Source of the DNA: Macrostomum lignano
Taxonomy: Eukaryota
Direction: 5' to 3'
Assembly: GCA_002269645.1 (NCBI GenBank)
Contig: NIVC01002811.1
Location: 124,001 to 188,000 of the forward strand
Length of the DNA stretch: 64,000 nt
Position 1 is the stretch's first letter; every line of letters begins with the position of its first letter. Below are positions 36,516 through 63,813 of the stretch, piece by piece. The position numbers were made by a program, and so were the translations under genes. Under the pieces are notes generated by a model. It did not search any database and was not told where the DNA came from. It saw nothing but the letters and a program-made list of their open reading frames with translations.

Positions 36516-38262
36516 GGACTCACCCTCATTTATGCCAGTTATCATGCTAAAACATAGTAATATTGGGCATACTCAATTTTTTCGAAAGCGGTACCGCAAT
36601 TCTTGCCATCTAATTTTTCCAATTATTCTCATACTTATAGTCGTTTCCGCGTGCTTTATCGGCTAATTATATTTTATTGCTTACAATTACTGAGGTGTTT
36701 GAAAAAAATTAGACAAGCAACTGATCTTGAGTAGGAGCTAATTAATTGTACATGTAAGATGCAGCTGTTTTTCTGCCCCTGCATCTGCTAGAGTGCTTTT
36801 GAATTGGCTTGGTCTTCTTGCTTGCTGGCCAGATCCTTATTCGCTTAATTTAGCAAGCTCTTCTGCCCCCGGTTGTCCACCACAGTTACTAATTAATTTT
36901 GTTATGCTCTGCTTTCAAAAATCGACTAAGACAGTTCGGTCATCTGGAAAATTCGAGTATTTTTTTTCTCTTTGTTATTTTCTTTAATTATGGCCAAAAA
37001 ATACTTGTCATTTTTTGTTCTCTCAGCTACCTTCTAGCAGAGCTTCTTGAATTATTGATGCTTTGGGCTCTGCTTTGATCTAGCGAGATTTGATTGTCAT
37101 TGTTGCTTTTTAGAGTGTTGTCTGTCTGTACGTCTGTTTGCCTGCCTGTCTGTCTGTCGTACTGCTTTCGTCTCCACATGTGCATCATAATGCTTTACTG
37201 CATACTCATGCCTATAAATTATTATATTATTATTATTCTCTCTAGCAATGCAATCATTGAAGTGAATTGGCAAATATACTCGCGCCCGAGGTCGCGGTCG
37301 TGTGCCGCTTTGACCCTAGAGCTATTAACTATTAATTTGTTTTTTGCATGACTTTGAACATTGTGATTGGTTTTTTTTGTTTTTTCTCTGCTTGAGGAGC
37401 CACACAGGCAATAAGATTGCCTTGCGTTCTTGGCAGAACCATAGACTAATCCACGGGGTTTAGACCATAGAATACTAGATACACTCTGGCACAATAATAG
37501 ACTAATCCGATCGGGTTTACACCATCTAAATATACTAAATCTCTAAGGTTTGTATGTTTGTCCATAACGCTCTAGAGATTGCAATTCTTGACCGATTTTC
37601 TTCAAACTTAGAATACTAAACGTTTTCATCGACTCTCAAGCTCTATGTTTCCTACGTAAAGTCAATTGATAAATTCTCCTGGTATGAAACTATGTCCAAA
37701 CTATTTACAAGTCAAATTAAGAGATTATCATTAATATGCATGGGGGACAGGCCATATCAATGCTTTGCAAACCCCAGCTACCGTTCATCCTGTTTGCTGA
37801 AATACTCGTAATCAAACAAAATGTTCTGTTAGTAACAAACCAAACGAACTTTACTTTTAACTGAAAAAGTCAAACAAAACATTTGACATTCGGAAGTCCA
37901 TCCGCTCGTAAGGAGAAATATTGTTAATAATCTAAGTAGTGTTTTAAACTGTAAATGTCTTGCATCGAAAGCCGGCCGATCCAGCGAGTTTCCGCGTAGC
38001 TACCGCACTCTTCTACTTTCATTATTTATGATGCATTTTGCAACGTCACAGACTGCAAGTCAGCCATGCAGCCAATGGGGAGAATTCATCCCGACCTGCT
38101 CAATCCCCACGCTAATAGCTCCCCAGACCCTCTGAGCTTTGAGTACAAGCACACGTACTTATACACCTGGTCACTGCAGGCTACATATTCGCTTGTCAGG
38201 GCACGTATTTTTAGACCGGCATTGTTCACCTAGGTTGTCATCGACTCTTTCGATACACAGAA

Positions 38263-52135
<13,873 letters not shown>

Positions 52136-53998
52136 ATCTGTAGTTTTCAATTGACCGAAATCTCATATTGGAATCGAATCTGAGCTGTAATTGTGAAGTT
52201 TTATTGCTTTATAAATCATACTTGCTTTCTTATATTGATTGGGCAGTACTGTAATGGTTTTATTAATAAGAATTGAACCTTATAGTTTTTAAGCATTTCT
52301 GTTTTGGTGGTTGTGGATGTGATATTGAAAACTTATTCGATATGCACATGTACAAATCACAAATGTTCTAGAATGACATAAAGAACTTTCTGTCATTTAC
52401 AGCTCACGCATTTTAGCTTTAGAACTAACTTCGTAGTAGGCTGGTATTTTCTACTTTTGAATTATTGTACTGAAAGTAGCGCGGAAGGAAAAGTCGATAA
52501 TATCATTTTTCCTTCGTTCCTTCGTCGTCTGTTTTAATTCATTCATTTTGGCTAGCTGTTATATTCTGCACAAACGACGCATTTGTGATGAATCAATAAT
52601 AATGTCGTGCGAGTGTTTTACTATATTAATCGATCAATACCTACGCGGCATCAAATATAGAGATAAGGAAATGCAATTCAGGCGTTTTTGTAAGGCACCA
52701 ATTTATACCGCGCTTGGAAAATTGCGATCGTCTTCATGTGTTTTCTGTCGCACAGAGTCATATTTGTGAAAAAATTTTTATTAGGGATTTTGATCGATAC
52801 AATTTATGTATGCGTAATCAAAATCATGAAGATGAAAGATTTCGGTCAAGAAACAGATTCAATAATTTTTTCTACAGGAGTATATTGCCATTGGGGTCAG
52901 GGACTTACGGGAAGCTGCTTTACATTTTGCCTAGAGACAGTGATTAAGGGCTGAAGTGTATGTCACATCTCAAATACTGGCTACCAAAGTAATTATTTTT
53001 ACAATTAAAGCCTAAATGATTAATAAACCCTATGTTATATATACCCAATTTGTTCGTGTCTATCTGGATATCGACGCGTTAACTCTATTTCGGTGCATAG
53101 AGTTCACGAGTCGTAAATCGTTTAATTCTGTTATAATTTTCGTACTCAGACGATTTCAAAGAGAATATTTTCAATGAAACGGATCATGGTCTTGTCAAGC
53201 AAAATTTTTGCAACAGTCAACAGTGTATATAACATCTTAAAATTCTCTTTTTAAATACAAAACCCTTTAAAATGCTAAGAAATTGAAAGAAGCGCCTTGG
53301 AACAGTCGGAAAAATATTTTCCATAACTATAATAAAAACTTTTCAATTCATCATTTTGTGTTCAAACTTAATGCTTTCCAATTTGGCTTTTAGCTTTGCT
53401 TTGAAATTTTTAGGCCTATAGCCAACTACTAGCCTCTGTAAAAAATTCTCCTTATTGTATACAATTACAGGCTATAGGTTTGCTATTGAATAAATAATTG
53501 AAGCTAAGAATTTATAATATAAAATTTAATTACTGAAATGTTGAGATATCTATTTTTGTTTGTTCTTAGATCCATCTTCTATAAATTTAGATGATAAGAT
53601 GATAAATCTATAGTGTTTAAGTCTCTAATGTTCATTAATAATAAAAGCTTAAATGAGAGATGAATGAACTGATAGGCTCCTATTTAATTAAAATAAGTCA
53701 AAATACTAATTTGTAATTAAATTTATTTTCATACTTTGACTAAGCTTTGCCTTACCTACAGTGTCTCTAATATTAAGTTTCTAATATAAAATTATAATAA
53801 TGTTTCCAATATAAAAGTTTATCTCAAAGTTATGTTGTACAAACAATGAGAATTTCTGTACCAAATAGCATATTTTTCTGATGAGCAATGTATTATAGTA
53901 TAAAAGATGAACTGGTACCTGCCTAATAACAAAGATCCAATAATAGGTAAACTAACTCTGCCATTGCTCTTCTACATCTGAAATTGGCTCAACTGCAG

Positions 53999-55507
53999 GC
54001 TCCATCTCTGCGCCTCTCCGCCAACCTCAGCTGGTTGTTCGCCGACCGGCCTGGCATTGTTGAGCGGCTGGGCCGCGCGGCGGCTCGCGGCTTTCGCTAC
54101 GTGGAGGCGATGGACGCCGGCGGCGAGACCCCGGCCAGCCTAGCGGATGCCTGCCGGCGCGCTGGAGGACTTCAGTTCGCCCTTATCAATGCGCCGCCCT
54201 GCCGGCTGCCCAGCGGCGATCTTGGCTTAACGGCCCTTCCAGATAGGTGAAATGGAGTGGCAATTCTTAGCCTACCCCAACCCATCCTCCAATGTGCACA
54301 CGCTCTCAGTCTGCCCCTAATAACTCCACCCATCCCCCAATGTACATACGCTCTCAGTCTGCCCCTAATAACTCCACCCATCCCCCAATGTACATACGCT
54401 CTCAGTCTGCCCCTAATAACTCCACCCGTCTCCCAATGTACACACGCTCTCAGTCTGCCCCTAAGAATCCCACCCATCCTCCAATGTACATACGCTCTCA
54501 GTCTGCCCCTAAGAATCCCACCCATCCCCCAATGTACATACGCTCTCAGTCTGCCCCTAAGAATCCCACCCATCCCCCAATGTACACACGCTCTCAGTCT
54601 GCCCCTAATAACTCCACCCATCCCCAAATGTACATACGCTCTCAGTCTGTCCCTAAGAATCCCACCCATCCCCCAATGTACACACGCTCTCAGTCTGCCC
54701 CTAATAACTCCACCCATCCCCCAATGTACACACGCTCTCATTCTGCCCCTAAGAAGCCCACCCATCCCCCAATGTACACACGCTCTCAGTCTGCCCCTAA
54801 TAACTCCACCCATCCCCCAATGTACATACGCTCTCAGTCTGCCCCTAATAACTCCACCCATCCCCCAATGTGCACACGGCTACCAGCCTGCCACTACCAA
54901 CCATAATATCTTAAATCAAAAGTTCGAAATGTACTATTGTAACCAAAATTCGAACTTTCCTTCCGGCAGACGCGAAGAATTCCGCGCTGGCCTGTCCGCC
55001 GCGGCCGACCTGTGCTCGGCTCTGTCCTGTCCGACACTTCACGTCATGTCCGGCCGCACGACCGTCCGGAGTCCGGAGGTCCGCGCCGCCTACGTAGACG
55101 GTCTGCGTGAAGCTGTCCAAATTTTTGCGCCTCTCGGCGTCACCTGCGTTATCGAGCCAATTAGCAACATAGCCGATTATTACCTGAACTCGTACACCGA
55201 TGCGGTGGCCATCATTAACGACGTGCCGGGCCTTCGCCTACTGCTGGACCTGTTCCACCTGCAGATGCTGGAGGGCTCGCTTGACTCGCTGCCAGCCTAC
55301 CTGCCTCTGGCCGGTCACGTGCAAATCGCGCAGGCACCTGGTCGCCAAGAACCCGGAGCACCGGGCGATATCGACTATGGCGCGGTGTTGCGTCAGATTG
55401 GTGAGGCCGGCTACTCGGGCTGCGTCGGACTGGAGTACCGACCGAGCGACGGTGCCGAGGCCGGCATCGACTGGCTGATTGAGATGGGCTACCTGCAGCC
55501 TCATTAA
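53999..55507 (+). CDS. HYI: Hydroxypyruvate isomerase (HYI, xylose-isomerase-like TIM barrel). Exons 53999-54246 and 54970-55507; no in-frame ATG at the 5' end
   Basis: APSLRLSANLSWLF, GFRYVE, LHVMSG, VIEPIS, LLLDLFHLQMLEG, GHVQIAQAPGRQEP, GLEY. Phase-2 intron 54247-54969. Confidence 0.93.
54270..54875. repeat. 48-bp minisatellite filling the HYI intron
   Basis: Unit CCAATGTACATACGCTCTCAGTCTGCCCCTAATAACTCCACCCATCCC. Confidence 0.95.
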
Positions 55508-55599
55508 TCGCCACCCGCTGCGGCCTCTTCAAAGTTTTCCAATTTTCAATAATTATGCCACCGATATGCTTTCGGATAAGGAATTCTAATGTACTACAA

Positions 55600-56020
55600 A
55601 GCGGCACCTGGACTGGAAACAGGATTTTTAACTCGGGTAGCACCTGGACTGGAATCAGGATTTTCAACTTGGGTAGCACCTGGACTGGAATCAGGATTTT
55701 TAACTTGGGTAGCACCTGGACTGGAAACAGGATTTTCAACTTGGGTAGCACCTGGACTGGAATCAGGATTTTTAACTTGGGTAGCACCTGGACTGGAAAC
55801 AGGATTTTCAACTTGGGTAGCACCTGGACTGGAATCAGGATTTTTAACTTGGGTAGCACCTGGACTGGAAACAGGATTTTTAACTTGGGTAGCACCTGGA
55901 CTGGAAACAGGATTTTTAACTTGGGTAGCACCTGGACTGGAAAGAGGATTTTCAACTTAGGTAGCACCTGGACTGGAAAGAGGATTTTCAACTTGGGTAG
56001 CACCTGGACTGGAAACAGAA
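55600..56020. repeat. 36-bp minisatellite GCACCTGGACTGGAAACAGGATTTTTAACTTGGGTA downstream of HYI
   Basis: Direct inspection. Confidence 0.95.
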
Positions 56021-57648
56021 ATTTTAGCATTTCTAAATAACTTTCTGATTGCAATTTTGATTATCCAAACATAAAATTATTTTCAAAGCGCATCTAACTA
56101 ATTCCTTTGTGGTCCAAACAATTCTATGCTGTTTGCATTCTTCATTCACCGCGAACTGTGCTGCTCCCATTGAGACCAAACTGGCCAACCTCAAGACGCC
56201 GCTGTACACCCTGTGAGAGCGTGTGCATGAGTGTGTGCCTGAGTACAGTATTGGCACTCTTGTATGTGCTCAGGACTCAGTGGAATGGGCTGAATCGCCT
56301 CAGCGCTGGCTGTGGGACCATCTCGCCGAAGGGTGCCCGCAGCTCTCCTGCAAATATTTGTCGATAAAGACATTTTGAGGTATACTGTTTATTCTGTTAA
56401 ACTCTTTAAATAAATTTTGAATTGCTACTGAAAGTAGTATCGCATTGCAGAGAAGTATACCACGTGTTTCTATTTATAGTTCAGAATGTGCATGCCTTTC
56501 ATAATGAAGCACATACAACCTCATATGGACCGTGTGGAAGTGACTCGTTATTTGACAGTTTTTTCAGCAATAACTGGGTCAGTTTTCTTATTTGCTCAAG
56601 TTCTGGATTAGAAAACATTCAATATATTCAGTCTCAGAGGATGATTTACCAGTTTTTAATAGACACTAGTGCATGTGGCCTAGTTTGTTGTGGTCACCCA
56701 TCGTAATATTTTGATAAGTCTCTTTATGAGGCCTATGAAGGCTTCAAAAGGTATCAAGTATTCAAGTAATTTATGGATTTGATCGCATTGATCCAACTAG
56801 CTAATATTAGGCGCTAAAAATCGAGTTTAAATAGGCCTTTAAAACTTTTTTTCCCCAAAGTCTGAATTCCTCTTGACGCCAGACTTGTTTGTCCTTTTCT
56901 GAACTTACTCGGCCTCACTCTATTCCCAATTTGGAGAATTGCAGCCTTCAGAGCCCTGCCAGAGTCTGTCTCGATAATGCTACAGCCGCTTCCACTCATT
57001 CTGCTTAACGAGAAGTGGCGGCAGCTAGAGCCGCACTGGCTGAACCCTCCCCTCTCCCTCCTATCAGGTTTTATCTTTCATGGCACTTGGCCTGTCTGCA
57101 AGCGCCTCTTTGTGCGATGAGGGCGGCCAGTGAGCCTCTGTGTGACGAATCTCTGGTCTGCCATTTCAGTCAGAAGGAGATCTGAAGTCTGGAGTCTGGC
57201 ATTGCAGTTTTAGAGACATCCAAAGCATAGCTAAGGTTATGAACAACTTTGTGAAGAACGTTTAACAATAATATTAGAGCGGTTATCAATGCAAATTTGA
57301 AACGCTTTACCTTAATACTTGAGCTCAAGCTTTGTCAATAGCTTCCGTTTTGAGTAAAAAACAATCAAATTAGATTTTTGGACTCTAAATAATAATTTCA
57401 GTAGGCTTGTGGGCGGCGCCAGTTCTGCCCATTCTGCTGGCTCCTGAGCACATGCAAGAGCGCCAATACTGTACTCAGGCGCGCACTCATACACCGCTCA
57501 CACAAGGTGTACACATCGGCCTTGACTGTCTAATCGTCAGGAATGCACACGCCAATCCAGGATTTTGTTGAAGATAACCTTGATCCACGTACCCAACCTC
57601 GGTTCCGCCTCAGACTGCCGCAGCCGCTCTTCTCCTTCGATCGCCAAT

Positions 57649-58303
57649 CAAGGACGACTTAAGTAGAAGGACGGGAAACCTCGTTTCTTAGAAAGTTTTT
57701 GAAGGCACTTTTTCCCGAAAAAAATACACTGCGGAGATAGGAAATTTTCATTTTTTCAGCACAAAAATTGCTATAACTTTTGATAGGAGGCAGATCCAGT
57801 GTTGATCTTTTGATATGTTGTGCCTTTTTTATTGCTCTATCGATATTTATAAAGCTTTCCGTTCAGAAAATTAGGATTCTATGTTAATTTTTTATTCTAC
57901 GTATATTTTCATGTGTCTTGTGCTTGAAATACATTAGAATGCCACGGCTTGGCTCTTTGATTTTATGAGTCTACGAGTATTTTGTCATTCTTACCTGACT
58001 GTATAGCAAATAGTCGTAACATAGATGATAAAATAGATTCATAAAACCAAATATTAGAGCTGTGTCATGCATTTTTGTGATTTTTCTGAACGGAAAGCTT
58101 TATAAATATCGATAGAGCAATAAAAAAGGCACAACATATCAAAAGATGAACACTGGATCTGCCTCCTATCAAAAGTTATAGCAATTTTTGTGCTGAAAAA
58201 ATGAAAATTTCCTATCTCCGCAGTGTATTTTTTTCGGGAAAAAGTGCCTTCAAAAATTTTCTAAGAAACGAGGTTTCCCGTCCTTCTACTTAAGTCATCC
58301 TTG
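57649..58303. mobile_element. Fold-back hAT-type MITE, copy 2 (655 bp)
   Basis: Same family as 17438-18134; TSD TCGCCAAT at 57641-57648 and 58304-58311. Confidence 0.92.
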
Positions 58304-59399
58304 TCGCCAATTCTCTTCCTGCATATCCTCTGCTCAGTTTCCCATCGGACTCTATCAGAGCTGCAGCTCTATTGAGCAGACTCTGTTGATTCAACAAGTG
58401 ATTCAGGTCAGCTGTCAATAGAACTCAATCAATGGGATTGCATCGATTTCTATGCTTTTTTAATTACTTTTTTCTTCACTGTACGCGAACTTCATGATCG
58501 AGAGTGCAGGTTGGCCGCTATGAACAATATAAAGACACTTTAGTCAATTTTCTTAGAAATGAACAGGAGAGCAATCAGATTTTTATCGCGCATTTCTAAG
58601 GAAGCTCATTTCTAAGAAAATCGAGCGTATCGTCTTCTGCTACAGTTAGCAGCCTATTAAACTGTACACTAACCGGGACCAAATCTGCTTAACTTGAAAC
58701 TGGTCCACTCGGTTATACATGTAGTTATATTTATAGCGATTTCCGGCCGGACAACTTGAACAGTTTCGGAACTGTGAACTCTTAGACTAATCATCACATG
58801 CCCGGGCCCGTACCCGACATCTTGAGCAGTTCTCCAAGAAAATTTCCTCTGTACCAACTTGAGCAAGCGGCGGCGTAGCTGCTCAAAGGACTGCCCGAGC
58901 TGCCCGAGCAACTGGCAGAGCTGAGAACCCCGGGGTTTTAAGGGTTTCGATCGCGGGGTCTCTATATAAGCGCATCCCCTGTCGGTCTCTTCGCAACCAG
59001 CCCCAACCTTCATTCGGCTCAACAGGAGGATCCGCCTCTCCCCTCAACTCCCCGGAGACCGCCACTCCTGCATGCGTCCTCGAGGCCGACAGACTGTGGA
59101 ACGGAAGGCTTGCTGGAAATCTTCTTATTTATAAAATCCTGTCAATCATGGCTTGATTCAAAACTGGCCCGCTGCATGGGTGCTCTCGGCCGATGAGGTT
59201 AAACTGAAATCCCAGATTTTGACTTATCTAAATTTATGTCACGAATTTAAATGCTTCATTGCTTATGGAGGATCTGATCATCGGTCATGAAGAATCTGGT
59301 CATAGAGGATCTTGGTATGGAGGGTCTACACGGTCATATATGATTTTTATCACTCATGGAGAACCTGATCATGGAGGATCAGGTCATAAAAGACTTGGT

Positions 59400-59975
59400 C
59401 ATCGAGGAGCATCTGGTCATAAAGATCTGGTTATAGAGGATCTGGTCATGGAGGATCTGGTCATGGAGGATCTGGTCATAAAGATCTGGTTATAGAGGAT
59501 CTGGTCATGGAGGATCTGGTCTGGTCGTCAATCGTGGAGAATCTGGACCTAGATCATGGAGGATCTGGTCATGGAGGATCTGGTCATCGATCATGGAGGA
59601 TCTGGTCATCGATCATGGAGGATCTGGTCATCGATCATGGAGGATCTGGTCATCGATCATGGAGGATCTGGTCATCGATCATGGAGGATCTGGTCATCGA
59701 TCATGGAGGATCTGGTCATCGATCATGGAGGATCTGGTCATCGATCATGGAGGATCTGGCCATCGATCATGGAGGATCTGGCCATCGATCATGGAGGATC
59801 TAGTCATCGATCATGGAGGATCTGGTCATCGATCATGGAGGATCTGGTAATCGATCATGGAGGATCTGGTCATCGATCATGGAGGATCTGGTCATCGATC
59901 ATGGAGGATCTGGTCATCGATCATGGAGGATCTGGTCATCGATCATGGAGGATCTGCTCATGGAAGATCGGGTCA
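59400..59975. repeat. 22-bp GATC-rich minisatellite GATCATGGAGGATCTGGTCATC
   Basis: Direct inspection; degenerate units extend left to about 59260. Confidence 0.93.
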
Positions 59976-60754
59976 TAAAATATCAGATAAAAAAGGACGT
60001 CATCAGTCATCAAGGATCTTATCTTAAGGATCTCAAGGAGCTTGCTAATGTACTTTTCTCACTTATAAGCATGAAATTTTCTCTACTTCATCAGTCACTT
60101 ATCTCAGCTCATAAAACAAAGTGAACCACCAGTAAATGCAGATGCGAAATGCGAAAATCATGATAAATGATTGGAAGAAATCTTTAAAAATATATGGAAC
60201 TCTGGAGCAGAATCTGGGAGCTTCTTTTCTTTCCCAGATATCAAATTAGGTTTCAACCTCGTAAGACATGGTTATCCGTCTTGTTTGTGGGGAACATGCA
60301 GTTTAATTTGTTTGAAAAGTGCAGCACCGTTATTCATCCCTGTTTGCTACATGTTCTGCCTAATGCGCCTGCGGACATTTCCGATCTGGCCTGCCACTTA
60401 TCTGTCAGCGGGACCCTGTCCCAGAATCGATTGTCTGTCTAGCAGCTGTCTGGCGCTGTTGCTAGCCAATAGTAATGGCGCAAAATAGTGTTCTTTTCTC
60501 TCTATCGAATTTCAATCAATATTGGAAGGGTAGGAAAGTTGCGAAAAATTTCTAACTAGTAAAAAAACTGAACTAATTTTCTGGTGTCTCTGACTCTCCT
60601 CTGTAGCTAATTAGACTGAGCCAAATAGCTCTTGGGTCCTGAATATTTTTGATTCTGAGAGAGAGAGAGAGAAAATATAGATAATGTACAATCTGAGTTC
60701 ATGAAGAATGTACATGTAGTTAACAGATAGAACTGGAACGAGAGGCGGGTTTCT

Positions 60755-61300
60755 TGAGGGGCAGGGAGTGAGGTGGGTGTCTTGAGGGGTAGAGAGTGAG
60801 GTGGGTGTCTTGAGGGGTAGAGAGTGAGGTGGATGTCTTGAGGGGTAGAGAGTGAGGTGGATGTCTTGAGGGGCAGCTGTGAGGTGGGTGTCTTGAGGGG
60901 TAGAGAGTGAGATGGATGTCTTGAGGGGTAGAGAGTGAGGTGGATGTCTTGAGGGGTAGAGAGTGAGGTGGATGTCTTGAGGGGTAGGGAGTGAGGTGGA
61001 TGTCTTGAGGGGTAGAGAGTGAGGTGGATGTCTTGAGGGGTAGAGAGTGAGGTGGATGTCTTGAGGGGTAGAGAGTATGGTGGATGTCTTGAGGGGTAGA
61101 GAGTGAGGTGGATGTCTTGAGGGGCAGCTGTGAGGTGGGTGTCTTGAGGGGTAGAGAGTGAGGTGGATGTCTTGAGGGGTAGAGAGTGAGGTGGATGTCT
61201 TGAGGGGTAGCTGGTGAGGTGGGTGTCTTGAGGGGCAGGGGTGGGGTGGGTATCTTGAGGGGATGGGTGTCGAGAAGGGCAGGGAGTGGGGTGGGTGTCT
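60755..61300. repeat. 28-bp minisatellite GAGTGAGGTGGATGTCTTGAGGGGTAGA
   Basis: Direct inspection. Confidence 0.93.
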
Positions 61301-62239
61301 TGATGGGTTGGATTTAGGTGGGCATCTTGAGGGGAAATGGGTGAGGTAGGCGTCCTTAATCTCAAGGATTTTCTTATTGTCTTATTTTCTTTCCTTTTTG
61401 TCAGAAATTCACGCAGTTACGGTTCTACTTGTGCTCTCTGTATATTTTTTCATTTTTCGGCTTCGCATCTGCAAACCACAGCACCGATTTTTGGCCTTCC
61501 CAAATGGCCTAATTTCAGTCTTTTTCTTGGCCAATGCGCCAGCATGAGGATTAGGCAATTATTTTCCAACACTTCTGAAATTCGAGTGCAAGGTCTAAAA
61601 CTCCAGCTTTCTGTTATTTTTTTTACTAGAAAACTGCAGTATCAGCTGCGCTGCAATGAATCGCGGAAGATGAGGAAGATATCGCTGTTTAGTAATTGTC
61701 TTTTGCTCTGTACCGTGCACGAACGACATTTTGGCATTCTTCTGTGGAGGTCAATCCACGGTTGCCGGTGCTGTAGCACACGTGTAGTGGCGGCTATGGC
61801 GGTCTTACCAGCTTAACACCGTTCCTTGCCCAGGGCTGAGAGTGCTGCAGGGATTTGGAGAGCGGGGGAGCTAATCAAGCCTGGGGATCTGTCGACAAGC
61901 GATCCTCCTAATTCCCATTTGCCGAGCTGTTCACGACTGGCCGGGCTTGAGTGGCCGCGCGAACTGAATTAGCTGCCACTTGCAACTTGGCCAGTAACTG
62001 GTCCCTTTATTGCCTCACACTTGCTTGTTGTGGTAGTAGAGTGCGGCTTTACTATAGTGCACATGGACTACACCGACACAGAATTTCGATGGTTCATTGA
62101 TAAAATTGGCTTAAATTATGCTGTACAACATTATATTATTGCTCTATTTTATAATACCGTAGCTGGAAGTGTATTTTTTAGTATTATGGTGAGGCAGGTT
62201 ACGAAAGGAATAGGGAGCGAGTTGGGGGTCGATAGGAAC

Positions 62240-62760
62240 AGGAAGTGAGGTGGGTGTCAAGAGAGACAGGGAGTGAGGTGGGTGTCAAGAGAGACATGGA
62301 GTGAGTTGGGTGTCAAGACAGACAGGGAGTGAGGTGGGTGTCGATAGGGACAGGGAGTGAGGTGGGTGTCAAGAGAGACATGGAGTGAGTTGGGTGTCAA
62401 GACAGACAGGGAGTGAGATGGGTGTCGATAGGGACAGGGAGTGAGGTGGGTGTCAAGAGAGACATGGAGTGAGGTGGGTGTCAAGACAGACAGGGAGTGA
62501 GGTGGGTGTCAAGAGAGACATAGAGTGAGGTGGGTGTCGATAGGGACAGGGAGTGAGGTAGGTGTCGATAGGGACAGGGAGTGAGGTGGGTGTCAAGAGA
62601 GACATGGAGTGAGTTGGGTGTCGATAGGGACAGGGAGTGAGGTGGGTGTCGATAGGGACAGGGAGTGAGGTGAGTGTCAAGAGAGACATAGAGTGAGGTG
62701 GGTGTCGAGAGGGACAGGGAGTGAGGTGGGCGTCGAGAGGGACAGGAAATGAGGTGGGCT
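62240..62760. repeat. 28-bp minisatellite GAGTGAGGTGGGTGTCGATAGGGACAGG, related to 60755-61300
   Basis: Shared GAGTGAGGTGG(G/A)TGTC core. Confidence 0.92.
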
Positions 62761-63199
62761 TACATTTTTTCTTGACTTTCAATCGACAATCGCAAATTTT
62801 TGCAACGGGAGCAACAATAGTTTAGTTGCATTTGTTTTATTTTTTATTGATTGCAGCGCCGTGACAGACGTCATGGCATTTTTTACCAAGTCAAAGCTAA
62901 ATGAAAGATAAAAAGGTCAATTTCATCAGCCGCGAAGACAGTAGGAAGTGTCGAGGAGAGTGATTAGAATCATTCAGCAGATTTTAATCTCTTTACCAAT
63001 ACCCGAAGGAGTTCAACTCAGTACAAGAACGGCACAATCAGCTTAGTACAGTAAAACTTTAAAATTTGACTAATTATTGATTGTCTTTGATAGTTTGTGG
63101 AGTAAGTAGAGTGCGTCCGAGGTGTGTTTCTACCGTTTCTAGGAACATTAAAGTACCATCAATGGCAACCAGGACAAGATCCTAGGTTGCATGCTCCCA

Positions 63200-63398
63200 T
63201 GTGGTAACAAGCTACCAGGTAACAAGCTACCAGGTAACAAGCTACCAGGTAACAAGCTACCAGGTAACAAGCTACCAGGTAACAAGCTACCAGGTAACGA
63301 GCTACCAGGTAACAAGCTACCGGATAACAAGCAACAGGGTAACAAGCTACCAGGTAACAAGCTACCGGATAACAAGCAACAGGGTAACAAGCTACCAG
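63200..63398. repeat. 15-bp repeat GGTAACAAGCTACCA, 3' of the DEG/ENaC gene
   Basis: Direct inspection. Confidence 0.92.
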
Positions 63399-63502
63399 TT
63401 CTAGGTTTCAGTCGGATATTAGAAGTTAAAGTCCCTCCCAGTCCCTCAGCTGCACAATATCGCATCAGACAATGAAAAATTTTCGCAAGGCAAAAATTCG
63501 AA

Positions 63503-63813
63503 TCAGTTGGCAGTCTGCAGCAGTTGGCCATCTTGCCGGCTGCCGCTCCTGCCCAGCATTGCGGTACTCTTGGACTGAGCGCTGAGAACAGACGGCGAGG
63601 TGCACATCGAAGCGTTCATGAACAGTTCAACGTCTCTCAGGTCCGGCCGGCCGGACGAGCCGGCCAGCAGTTTGGGGATCCGCATGGGGTTGCGCTTCGA
63701 CCTGGTGAAGCTGCCGATCAGCTCGTACCAGTAGTATGACGCGCACACCATCAGCAGCTCGGCGAATTCGAACAGGGTCACTATGCTGAACCCGATCCAC
63801 AGGCCGAGGACGC
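63503..63813 (-). CDS. Last exon of a DEG/ENaC (ASIC-like) sodium channel, TM2 and C-terminus; rest of the gene lies beyond the window
   Basis: Acceptor ccccattcgcag then G-VLGLWIGFSIVTLFEFAELL, the DEG/ENaC TM2 signature GxxGLWxGxS. Stop TGA at 63503-63505. Confidence 0.85.

Noticed and set aside
53907-53946. Upstream ATG mini-exon for HYI
   Set aside because: Its donor at 53947 is phase 1 while the acceptor at 53999 needs phase 0.
58975-59000. Spliced-leader RNA gene (GTCGGTCTCTT resembles a flatworm SL)
   Set aside because: Only a short match; no ATG|GT exon boundary or Sm site follows.
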